Of a stretch of DNA of 64,000 nucleotides, positions 36,290-47,919 are shown piece after piece. The notes beneath the pieces were generated by a model, which saw only the letters and a program-made list of their open reading frames with translations, did not search any database and was not told the DNA's origin. A program made the position numbers and the translations under genes. How positions within the stretch are numbered: position 1 is the stretch's first letter; every line of letters begins with the position of its first letter. Origin of the DNA: Chlorokybus atmophyticus (taxonomy: Eukaryota > Plantae > Mesostigma and Chlorokybus algae); NCBI GenBank assembly GCA_009103225.1, contig RHPI01001116.1:416067-480066 (forward strand). The letters are read 5' to 3'.

Positions 36290-38174
36290 ATGGCGGCCGC
36301 GGTGATGGCGGCTGTGTCGCCCGTTCAGGTGAGGAGGGGCGATGGTTGTGTGATTGCGCACAGTGCATTGTCTAGGGTTGATTTCGTGTGGTGCCATTGC
36401 TGTCATCCTGATTGAGGATGTGAGTTTTTCTTAACATGTAGCTTGTGTTGGTCGTTTGGGTGGGAGACAGATGCCTGCATCGTGGCGCGGTATTTGCGTT
36501 GCCCTTAATAGTAATGACTGTACTTCAGTTGTGCACTGTTTCAGCCACTCCTGCGCGTAGTGGTCATGCCTCGCAGTTCAAGAAATGTGGCATTGTTGTT
36601 ATTGCACAACGTGTAGAATAACATGCAGCAGCAATGCCAGTCTTGCACACTTCTCGACCAGTTCCAACAATTTGCAGTTTTTGGGATGGTTTGCAAGTAA
36701 TGGAAGCATACTGGCCGTAGATCTGCCGATTTGGTGCATTGAACAAGCTTTCAAAAATGAAGGTGCACTTAGTGCGGAATCCCGCAGCGCTGTGGCTCGT
36801 TTGCTATGTTTACAATTGTGAAGTAATACTCAGAACAATTAAGACGGTTTTGCATTGTTAGGTGCGAGGCAGCCAATTTATGGGCAGCGCCTCCTCGTCT
36901 TCTGCCACATCATCCGCATTTTTCGGCCGGAGCCTCCGCAGCGCATTGCCAAGCAAAAGCACAAACAGGACAACCTCCGCTGTTGTCTGCGCCGCAGCTG
37001 CCACTGAAGAGTCCACAGGTACGACGAGATAGCAGTTGAGTTGAGGACACTTTCAACATTCAGTCTGTCAGCATGTACATTGCAAAGAGATTTAGCGATG
37101 TGCACGCAGTCAGTAGTTTCACAAATTTGCTTGCAAGGATGCATGTCAATATTGTGGCTTTGGCGACAGAGCGATTGAGGTTGGGCAACTTGAGGCCGGC
37201 TCCCGGCGCGCGGAGGCCGGAGAAGCGCAAGGGTCGTGGTCCCGCAGCTGGTCAGGGCGCCACCTGCGGTTTTGGTATGCGCGGGCAGAAGTCCAGGTCT
37301 GGTTCAGGTGTCAGGCCAGGTTTCGAGGGAGGACAGACTCCTCTCTACAGGCGCCTTCCCAAACTGCGCGGCATTGCTGGCGGTGAGCATCAGCGGGGGG
37401 TGTTGACGCTTGCTGTTGGTAGGTACAGGTGGTATAGTACACACACTGATGCTGTGCTGTGAATCAGGTATGGGAGCCGGGTTGCCCAAGTTTGTCACCG
37501 TAAACTTGCGAGATGTGTCGAGGTTCGAAGCGAACTCCGAGGTCTCGCTTGAGGCCCTCGTTGAAATGGGCGTGCTGAAGCCTCAGGGCCGCGAGCGCAA
37601 GCTGCTGCTCAAGGTGCGATGCTGCCTGTTTGACCGCTTGCCACAGCACTTTTACTTGGTGTCACAAGAAGTGGCGGTATGCATCTCACTCTTTCATCAG
37701 TGCAGCACTAGTGAGCAACAGTGCACATCGTGTTACCAATCAATACACAACCTGCATGTTGTTGTAGTTTACCAATGTTGTAGTTTACCAACCTGCATGT
37801 TGTTGTAGTTTACCAATCTCCAAAGCTACTTCTGCCTGTCACTACTGCGATGTTGCAACGCACCATTCTTGGTAGTTCCTTAAGTAAGCTGCCTACTATT
37901 TTAGTAACACATCCAGCATGGCTTGTGGCGCTAGTTGACTACTACAGTGTCCACTTTGTGCAGTATGTCGGCAACATTATCATCTCCATCTGAGCAGGTT
38001 CTCGGCGATGGCGAGATCGGCAATGCCATCACCGTGAAGGCTGCAGCATTTTCCGCGTCAGCCAAGGCGGCGATTGAGGCCGCCGGAGGCACCTGCGTCG
38101 TTGTGGAGGGCAGAAAGAAGTGGACACGACAGGCCGCTGCTGCTGCTGCTGCTGCTGCCGCTGCATCCTCGTAG
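36290..38174 (+). CDS. RPL15: Plastid 50S ribosomal protein uL15 with transit peptide
   Basis: [70 protein letters not shown]|[14 protein letters not shown]...|[31 protein letters not shown]. Confidence 0.96.
37748..37816. repeat. Short imperfect tandem duplication in an RPL15 intron
   Basis: caacctgcatgttgttgtagtttaccaa occurs twice, with a partial copy between. Confidence 0.85.
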
Positions 38175-38436
38175 AGCCTGCTACATTGATCTGTGCCGTG
38201 CTGTGACTTGTAGAACAGGTCATGGTAGGTTCGCCTTGAGCACTGAGTAATCGTATATCCTTTATGGGTCTCTCAGGTCTACTTTTACTTGCCCTGACAT
38301 CATCTGCTGTGTATGCTGACGTGATTGCCTGTACAGTAACGTCATTGCAATTAATTCTGAATGTGTGCTACAACTTACGCAGGCAGGCTGGTTGTGCAGC
38401 AACTTACAGTGGTTGAACAAAGGACATCATTCACAA

Positions 38437-40247
38437 TCAGTGCGTCCTCTCTGGCAGTGCTGTGTGCAACCTCTGTTGGTCAGCCTTCGCTATGGTGTGA
38501 ACCATGTCGCTCCATGCGGTGTTCTCAGCTGGTATGGGCAGCATGTCAAACAGCATGAGCAGCTGCTGAGCATCGTTGAATTCGTCGTCTTGCCAGCAGT
38601 CCTCCACAGACACAGCAATCAAGTCGTCCTGCATGCAGCAAAGGTGAATAATACTCTCGTGCATGGCAATTTTGCATGGCAACTTTTGATGACGATGTGT
38701 GCAAGTATTAAGTCGAATACGGTTGCATGCCTTCAGATGGGGCACGGCGAGTGCCAGTGTCTGGTTGGTAGCATTGTTGAAAAGCAGGTAGAACAGGCAG
38801 ACCGCTGCCGCCTTGCGCTGCGAACAAGGTCAAGCCACATGTGTGAATGTGCATCCAACAACGTGCGGGAGGGAGCGACCTCCAATCGACCAGCCAGATA
38901 CGAGACAACACTGCATGACTGTGTGGTACTACAGTCACACCCTTGCCCCAACGCACCAGTGCCGCATGTTCCGTTCGCAGCAGCTCTATGCACAACTCGA
39001 TGCATCCGTCCAGCCTCAATCGCTCCTGCACGATGCATAAATCGCTTCGCAAAACGTCCAATAGCGAACCTTCACTGCATGTGGATGCACACAACGCACC
39101 TGGTTCATGCGACAATCCCGGCATGCAACAGCAAGAAGCTCCACCGCAGCCTGCATAAGACAAGAAGATGTTGTGCCTGGTGCCGTGGTGTAGCGGATTG
39201 TAGTGCCTTGACAGGACATGCATTGGTTCAGTGCAGGTGTGCAAGACATCTGCTTTCAATGAGTACCACGCGCAGTGCCAGGGGCTCTGGTGGACTCGCC
39301 GCATATTCCAGAACAATTGTACTCAACAGTCCTGTCTGCACGGCAGCCAATTCAGGCCGACGATGCTCCAATACGAGATCAGTATCGCTCACATCAACAT
39401 GCTAGGCCACGATATGCAAGGTTGAACAACAGCTGCGACACTACGCACCCGTCCTAACAAGCGCTGGGCTTCGGTGCACCCCACGTAGATGGTCTGCATC
39501 AAGTCGCGCATCACATTCAGGCGGTCCTGAAAACACGTATCACGGGGGCAAAAAAGTCAGCTAGTGCCACAAGACCACATGCACGCACACAGACGCACAC
39601 TCATGCATGCACGCGCACGTGTGAACTTTAACGAGGAGAGCGCGTGCCTTGTTGTTGAGGCGGACGCGGGAGAGGCGGAACTTGCGCACGAGCACCTGCA
39701 CGTCCATCAGGTACGGGTCGTTGCGCTCGCCGTCGGTGACAGTCGTGTCCAAGGACTGAATGCGTATTGCGTATATAAGTGAGTGCGTGTGTGCGTGTGT
39801 GTGTGTGTGTGCGTGTGTCTTACCAAACTTCATCTGTTCACACTACCAGATCAACCTACTGCCAACCTGGCGTGACGTGTTCTCGGCGTTGTCATCTCTA
39901 ACAGCGCCGCCTCCTCCAGCAAACACCACGGCGTTGCGTCTGTCGTGCGTCCCACGCGGCGTCACAGGCAGCCACGCCGTCAACACCCCCGCTGCATCAC
40001 ACACCACAACACATCACACCACATCTCAAGCATCATCATGACACATCATCACACATCACACACCAACATCATTATCGTCTTCTTGATAGTCGACAACTTT
40101 GTCACCGTCGTTGATGTCTGCACCTGCGTTGCTGAGGCGGCGTCTGATGCTTCCGGCAAGCTCCCCGACGGCGGCGAGGGACAGCCTGGACGGCCTCGGC
40201 GGCGGCTGCTCGGCCTTGTAGTTGCTGTCACTCTTGCGCTGCTCCAT
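38437..40247 (-). CDS. Helical/armadillo-type fold protein of unknown function
   Basis: Hand-spliced exons MEQRKSD...; DPYLMDVQVLVRKFRLSRVRLNNK; DRLNVMRDLMQ; TGLLSTIVLEYAA; AAVELLAVACRDCRMNQ|ERLRLDGCIELCIELL..AAL|RKAAAVCLFYLLFNNATNQ...*. The pattern resembles ARM repeats. Confidence 0.6.
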
Positions 40248-40506
40248 CGTTGCAAACACGATCACCACCGCTGCTTGATTACCATGCAGGCGGAGCGGGG
40301 GCCGGGCCGGTCCCCGCCGGGCCCACGCCCACGCCCACGCCCAGGCCAGGCCAGGCCAAGGCCAAAGCACAACAATCAATGCTGTGATTGAACACAAGCA
40401 CGTGACGGAAGGCAGGACTCAAACCCGCTCGGAAAGTTGGCATGGAGGGTTTACAGAACTGGTTCTATTGATCGGATGTGGTTTGAGGATTAGGGTCAAG
40501 TCGTGT

Positions 40507-40515
40507 TTAGGGTTT
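40507..40515 (-). promoter_or_regulatory. Telo-box in the divergent ARM/PSMB7 promoter (with nearby GGCCCA site-II-like motifs)
   Basis: ttagggttt at 40507; gggccca/aggcca repeats at about 40320-40360. Confidence 0.55.
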
Positions 40516-40573
40516 GTTGGCGCTGCTGGTGTTGGTGTTGGCGGTGTCGACGGCGGTGAGGTCGGTGGCAGCG

Positions 40574-42406
40574 ATGGTGAGCGTGGAGGAGAGGCCCAGG
40601 GGAGGGTTCAGTTTTGACCTGTGTCGCAGGAACGAGGCGCTTGCGGCCAGCGCCAATGTCGCGGCTCCCCGCGTGAAGAAGACCGGCACAACCATCGCTG
40701 GAGTGGTCTACAGAGTAAGGCCTTACCAGTGCTGACTTGAGCCAAGCAAAGCCAATGTTATGCGAATGCTGCCACAATTCGTGCAATTCAAAATCTGTTT
40801 GACACACATGCAACCCTAGTGTAGTTGATCAGGCGAAGTGCATGTCAATCAGCCCCTGCATGTGCTGTTACATACTGAATCAAGTTGAGTGTATCTGGTT
40901 CTGCAGGCCGTTGTTACTTCCAGCTCATGTCTTAGCATTGACTACAAGAGTGATTACCTTGCTTGTGTCTGGTTTGACCACCTACATGTGTTTGATCGTA
41001 GTGCTGTTTACCATCTAGGATGGTGTTGTTCTGGGCGCGGACACCAGAGCCACCTCAGGCGAGGTTGTAGCAGACAAGAACTGCGAGAAGATTCATTACC
41101 TGGCGCCCAATATTTATTGCTGTGGAGCCGGCACAGCTGCGGACACTGAAAATGTTACAGGTGATTAGCGTTCTTCTCAATGCAGTCACAGTCTGTATCA
41201 TGTAGAGCATGCATGTATTGTCGTAGCTTATGCCATGACTATGCTGCGTAATTGAGGCATAGCAGATTCGGACAACGCGCATGTTACATCGTGGCATACG
41301 CATGCTCGAATTTGCTGTCATGTCATGGCATGTGACAGTAAGAGGCTTCTTAGTGCCAATTGAGCTTCGCACAGGCATGGTCAGCTCGCAGCTGGAGCTT
41401 CATCGGTATGCGACAGGACGCGGCTCGCGGGTTGTCACAGCCCTGACACTGTTGAAGAGCCATCTCTTCAAGTACGCACAACGATTAGCTGGATGGACCT
41501 ATTCGCAAATCATTCATGCGTGCTTCCTTTTGCGAAGTGATGCGTGCACAAATGTTGGCATGCTCTAATTTTTCTATTACGGGATCACTTGTGTGCAGAC
41601 ACCAAGGCAATGTCAGTGCGGCTTTGGTACTTGGAGGTGTTGATGTAGCTGGCCCGCACTTGCATACAGTAAGTTGTCTTACAGGCTTGGCACAGGGTAG
41701 CAGCGAGTTGATTGCTATTTAAGCCAATGTCTCTCACTGCAGGTCTACCCACATGGCTCCACCGACACATTGCCATATGTCACAATGGGCTCAGGGTCAT
41801 TGGCGGCCATGTCAATGTTTGAGTCAAGATTCAAAGACGATTTGACAGTAAGCTGCATCTGGTGAAGCTTAGAGCGAAGCTTACGGTTTGTGTGAGAGAC
41901 GCAAAGCAGTCACATTTGTCTGCAATTACAGAAAGAGGAAGCCATGGCGTTGGTCTCTGCTGCCATTCGCGCTGGCATTTTCAACGATCTGGGCTCCGGC
42001 AGCAACGTGGACCTGTGCATAATTACAAAGGCACGTCTTGCACTACACTGATGTGCATGCTACGGAACACGATCATGGTCATGCACTCTGCCATGCCGAT
42101 TGTACACCATTGTTATTGCGGTTTGGTTCTTTGCAGGCCGGCAAGGAGTATCTCAGAAACTACGAAAAGCCCAATCCGCGCACGTACATGCGCACCAAAG
42201 GTTACGAATTCCCTCGCGGCACTACAGGTAAGTTGTGCATAGGTTGCAGGCAACTGCAGCTGCCTTGGATGTATCATGGCGCTTTGTTTTGGGGGGCAGC
42301 TGTTCTGTGCTGATACTGTTCTCGTGTTGCAGAGGTGCTTTCATCGCAAATCAAGTCATTCAAGCAGCTTGTGGAAGTTACGGATGGTGACACGATGGAA
42401 GAATAA
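40574..42406 (+). CDS. PBB1: 20S proteasome subunit beta-2 (PSMB7/PBB)
   Basis: [11 protein letters not shown]...[12 protein letters not shown]|..[23 protein letters not shown]...[11 protein letters not shown]...[37 protein letters not shown]...[17 protein letters not shown]|AGKEYLRNY...DTMEE*. Confidence 0.97.
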
Positions 42407-43240
42407 TGTGCGCATGTGTACTTTAGGGGCAGTACTGTAGGCATCTGGGTGTACTGTGTGCATAGTTCCCGCACCCAAGAAGTTTACACAAAGCTGCATT
42501 TGTCTTTGTGGGCAGAGCAGGACTGTCTCACTTTTGCGCTGTGAAGTTTCCACACTGCATTGAGGTTGAGAATATCGAGATTGTGCATGCAGCGCGCTCA
42601 GATAGCAGCAAAAATGTTGGGCTTCTCGAGGCATGACAACAGCTTACACCAAGCTTCACTCAGCAATTTACCAGATATACATATGTTTTGCATGTGAGGC
42701 TCAGGCCAGCCTTTGTTTGAAACTGGCTGTTGATGCTTGTAACACTTGTATCTCATGCACATTCATTACATTTATGATGGTATACATGGTTGACCAGGAC
42801 ACATGCAGTTAAAATCTGCGTACAGTCTTTCAGTATCCCATTTGCGAGTTGTATGTATAGAATATATGCAATGGTGTGCATGTAACTCAACATTGCACGG
42901 CCTTGTCACATACGCAAGCACAAGCACAGTCCAACATGGCAACATGTATAAAGATCAAGACACTAGTCGACGTGTGCGTCATTTGCTATGATAGTACTCC
43001 TCTACCATGCTAATTGCGCACAGAGCTACCAATGCTGCCTCTGCATGAGCTCAGCATGGGGTCCATACATGAAGCACTCGTTGGCCCTTGCCATGTACAC
43101 GGGAGTTGCATGCAACGGGAAATTGCTCTACAACAATGTCCAATGCCATTGTCTGCACTACTGAACCTCAGAGACGTTTCCTATCAATATGAAAACAGGG
43201 AGGGCGACGCAATATCTGTACAGCAGCGATAACCGGCAGG

Positions 43241-46200
43241 TTAAGTGGCGAGTGGTCTCCTCCAGTTCGGCATATCATCAGCCACCGGTCTATCATAATC
43301 GATAGCATCCTCGACACCATAATCCTCCCCGAAATACGTGTCCACCAGGTACGCCGACATGCGCTGCAGCTCCTCGTTCTCATGGAACTGCACGGACTCT
43401 ATGGCGTCGATCCCGTCCACCTCCTCCACCGCTTGCGGCCCTCCCGGCAACACCCTTAGGACCTGCGCAGAGTCACATGGATATAGTGTCCTACACAACA
43501 ACACATCGAGTTGTGTGGACACATAAGTAGAGGGGACATACCAACTCCAGAAACTGCAGTGCGTGTCGCGCCACTTCCGGGTCGGGTGCACGCACGAGCG
43601 CGCAGAAGTCCTTCAAAGCGCCGCCTTGCACAACCAGGCGCAGATGGTCCACGTTGCCCGCCCCACCAGCTGCACACAACCGTAACACATCAATCATACA
43701 ATGTGTTGCTCAACAGTGAAACAGAGTCAAAGATGGCAACGACCATACCTGCGCACAGGTTGGCGAGCGCGAAGGCGGCCTCGCGCCTGACATCGAGCGC
43801 GCCGGATTCCAGCAGCTGCAGCAAGGGCGGGACGGCGCCGGCGCTGACAAGAGTAGCGGGCAGGGCGGGGTCCGCGCACGCGGCTATGTTGGACAGAACC
43901 CACGCGGCCTCCTTCTGGATGCCGCGATGCGGGAGCAGTAAACACCTGTGAAGGGACGAATGGGATAACATCAGATGCACATGCACAGACACAGTGAGAC
44001 CGGATGACAGAAAGGCCAACGGGCGACCAAAATCTACCTACACAGGGCGGGGATGACGTTTGGATCCGCGCCAATAACAGCCTTCGAGTTCACATCCGGT
44101 CCCGCCACGATATTCCCCAGTACTCTCAACACGGGCGTGATTGTCCCGCGCTCTTTCTCCCCAACGCTCCCGTCCAACGCGGGCACGCTTCTGACGAGTA
44201 GCGCGACGGTGGCGGGCACGAGTCCGGAACGCATGGCCTCGCCGACGCCCGCGCCCTCCGCCGTCACGTATGCAAGGACCCACGCGACCTCGACGGCGAG
44301 GTCGTTGTCGGGGCCGGAGAGCTTGGAGACGAGCATTGGAAGAGCACCTGGCAACTGCATGCAAGAAAGAGACACACGTGTTAAACTGAACGTCATTCAA
44401 GTCACCTGCGTGCAAGGATGGTCTGAGTCAGTCGTGTGTGGTATGGTAGTGCGGAGCAGCAGGATAGTAGGTAACAAGTGGGTAGTTGTATATTCGTGAC
44501 AACATGAGCCGTATAGCCGCATGAACTAGCGCAACGGCAAGCAACACGACTGTTGATGGCGTCACAGTGTACATTGGAAGCATAGAAGTGTGCAACATAC
44601 AGATGCTGTGCAACGACACATCGCACCAACACTCACACACACACACCACTCAACTCTTCTCACCCTGACCACATCCATCGGTTCCCCTCCCGGCTTCTTG
44701 ACCGCGTTGCTCAGCGCCCACGCAGCCGTCTTCGCCACAGACGCCGACGGGGACACAGTGGAGCCCCTCCTTACGAGTTCGACGAGGCCCGGCACTGCGC
44801 CCGCCGTCCGTAAAGCTGATCGCAACGCGCCGCTGTCGCCGGCCAGGTTGCCGAGGGCCCAGGCGGCCTGCTCGGCAAGCGGCGCTGAAGAGGCTGAAGG
44901 ATGATACAACAAAACAAGTTAGCACACGACATTGTTGCGAGCAGCTACGTGGTAGTGTGTGAGATGTCAAGACCACAGAAGAGTGATAGTGTCATGAGAT
45001 ATCCAAGCCAGGGTCTTATTGTCAAAGACCAGTGCAGTGGGAACAGCATTGAAGTTGCGGTGAGGCTACTACTGCTTGAGACGCAGTCTCGATCAAAGTG
45101 CTAAGTTATCAGTGCTGCTATGCCATGGGCAGCGGGTATTAGACATGCATTGCTACCACATTCTGTTGACGTACTGCTGTGCATAGTGTTTTTATCAAGC
45201 AGCATAGGTAGAGTAACACTGTGATCACTAACCATGGCAGCGGTATGACTCTTACAACACCATGCACGTTGTGTGGTGCCCCCTTGCTCACCTCCGAGGT
45301 GCGTGGCGAGCAGCGGCACGGCGGGCGCGACGGCCTCGACGCATCCCTCGGCCCCGCACGCGATGTTGGTCAGGCACCACGCCACCTCCAGCGCGCACTC
45401 CTCGCTCCAGCCACTGCCACTGCTGCTGGGAGCCAGGTGCTGAAGCAGAAGCGGCACGGCGCCAGCCTCCACTGCAACCTGATAGGTGACAAGAATGATG
45501 GGGGTGGTGAGGAGGAGGAGGAGGGGGGTGTATATCAGGCACGCATGTTGGGCTTTGGGTTTCATTTCATTCTCTATTTACCTGCAGTGGTGGGTCGGAG
45601 CCGCGAGATAGGATGCGTCGCAGAGTCTTGAGGGCAGCCACTTGCGCGCTGCAAGTAAGCAATCTCAACAACGCGCGACAACTGACACAGAAGACACGAG
45701 CAGCAGCGGCACGTGCATGCGCTCGCATCACATACAAACACACGCACGCCCACGCCCACGCCACCGCACCCCCACCTTTGTCCCTTAGCCTCGCGTAGCA
45801 CCCCCACCGCCCGTCGGCAGTCGTCGCCAGCAGCCTCCGCGACCTCCATGGCGGCGTCCTCCGCATCGTCGTCCTCTGCCGAGCAGGTGCGCAGGCGGCG
45901 GGCGCGCAGGAGGGCGTCGCGGCGCTCGCGGGAGACGGTTGCCGCCTGATGGACAGTAGTGTGGGTAACGAGGACTTGGTCATAACTTACGAGAGTGCAG
46001 AGTCTTGCAGACAAATCGAGCAGGGGCAATCTGTCTGAAATCGCAGCTGTAGTATTGTATGGCGTCACGCGTGCATGCGTGTGGTCTCGCGTGAGCGCAT
46101 ACATGTCCAAATGCGCTGTGTCATGATTTCAAAATGCTGTGGCAACAAAGACGATATGAGCATTCATTTGAAACGGACATTGCCAGCGACACTGGCTTTC

Positions 46201-46629
46201 AGCGCATGCACGCATACACGCACGCAAGCACGCCCAGTCGTCTCATTGCTGCAGAATTGTTTCAGCTAAGAGCAACTGATTGTAGGGACCAAAAGAGTAG
46301 CAGCAATGACTTCCAGCAGCAAGCCAGCATGGCACCTCCTGTTACACCCAAACGACCCCACCGCACATCATGCTGCAATCCCATGGCTACGTTGGAGGAT
46401 CGGCACACGCGCAGGACGGCGTTCTAATATGCCATGTGCTTGCGCAAGACACATTGTGCGCAAATAATGGCAACAGCAAGCACAAAGTCGCCGTGGATGG
46501 CATTGAGGGCACAACCACAGCGACAGATTGCATGCTGCCCCAACCAACCTGTTCCCGCCGCCTTGTTGCCGACAACGGCACCGCCTTGAACTTGTCCCGC
46601 CTACCCGTCCCCGCCGCCGTCACTTCCAT
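43241..46629 (-). CDS. IMPA9: Importin subunit alpha, IMPA-9-like
   Basis: IBB-like RRREQ|AATVSRERRDALLRARRL; VAALKTLRRILSRGSDPPLQ|VAVEAGAVPLL; EVAWCLTNIA; AEQAAWALGNLAGD; IQKEAAWVLSNIA; VRREAAFALANL; ESVQFHENEELQRMSAYLVDTYFGEDYG. Confidence 0.92.
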
Positions 46630-46758
46630 CCCTACCAAACTCTCCACACCAAACACCACCCACGAGTACACCCACAAGTACACCAACACCACCGCTAACA
46701 GTGCCGCTACGTGCGTGTCTGCCTGACACACTCTCTCTCTCTCTCCCGCCAAATCCCC

Positions 46759-46767
46759 AAACCCTAA
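46759..46767 (+). promoter_or_regulatory. Telo-box in the divergent IMPA9/Sfi1-like promoter
   Basis: aaaccctaa. Confidence 0.55.
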
Positions 46768-47073
46768 AAGCGCCGTACACGGCGCCCTCGCGACAGATAT
46801 TCGAGTTATTGTTTCGTCATCGTGCACGGTTTGTGGATTTCTGCTTGGGCTGGAGGTCACGTGATGATTTGCCAGGCGTGCTTGCGTCTGAGCGTGCCAC
46901 GTGGCAGTGGTGGTGCCGGCGGCAGCGGCGGCGGCGGCGGGAGGTGGCGGGTGGGGAGATGAGGTTGATGGGATGAGGGGGGGTGGAGAAAAAGGAGAGG
47001 GATGGTGGCGGGTGGGGCTGCGGGAGGAGGAGGGGGCCGGGGGCGGCGGGATGGAGGTGGGGTTGGAGCGGGG

Positions 47074-47885
47074 ATGCGGACCAGGTCGCCCGCGCCTGTT
47101 GAGGAGGTGAGGACAAGGTTGGGTGTACGCAAAATTGGCTACATATAATGTCTGGGTCATGTGTATTGTGTATTGAGACTATCAGACTACGATGAAGCCA
47201 TTGATGTTGTTGGTAACTCGATGATGGGTAGTTTCAGTACTATGACTGTCATTGTTACTGCTTTCACTGTTGGTCATTGACCTGTCATCATCACTCAGTG
47301 TTTTCTTTTGTAGTCTGTGTGATTCTTCTTGTTGTCACCACTGCCGCCCACTGATGACACTCCTGCGAGAGGCATGTGGTTGGCTTCCGTGAATAGAAAC
47401 ATGCATGCACACGAGCGTGTATACGGAGATCATGCCTGTAGGACGTGTGGAGTTTATATACGTTTGGGACATGGTTAACTGCCGGGTTATCTATGAACCT
47501 CAGCCTATATTCCACACAATAGCCACACTCATCTAGGCTCATAATGTGACCAGGGTCTGGGCACAAAGTCATGAATGTGTCTTGCACACCCTCGTCATGG
47601 GCGTGCAAAGCTGTAGCAGCAGCACTGGATACAACAAACTTCTGTCACCAAGCAACCAGTGGGATAGTACGAACCCAGCGTCGTTTTATCCATTGCGCAT
47701 AAAGATGAACACAGTGTTGTTGGGTGCTGTTCTCTCCAGGTGGTGCTGGCTAGAATGGCGATGGGCACCTACGAGCCCCACAACCACAACCACAGCCAGC
47801 GCAAGTCTCCTTCACCCCTGTTGCCAACCACAGCACCACCAATGCCCCACAGGTGCACACGCACACACATATGCATGCGCGCAGG

Positions 47886-47919
<34 letters not shown>

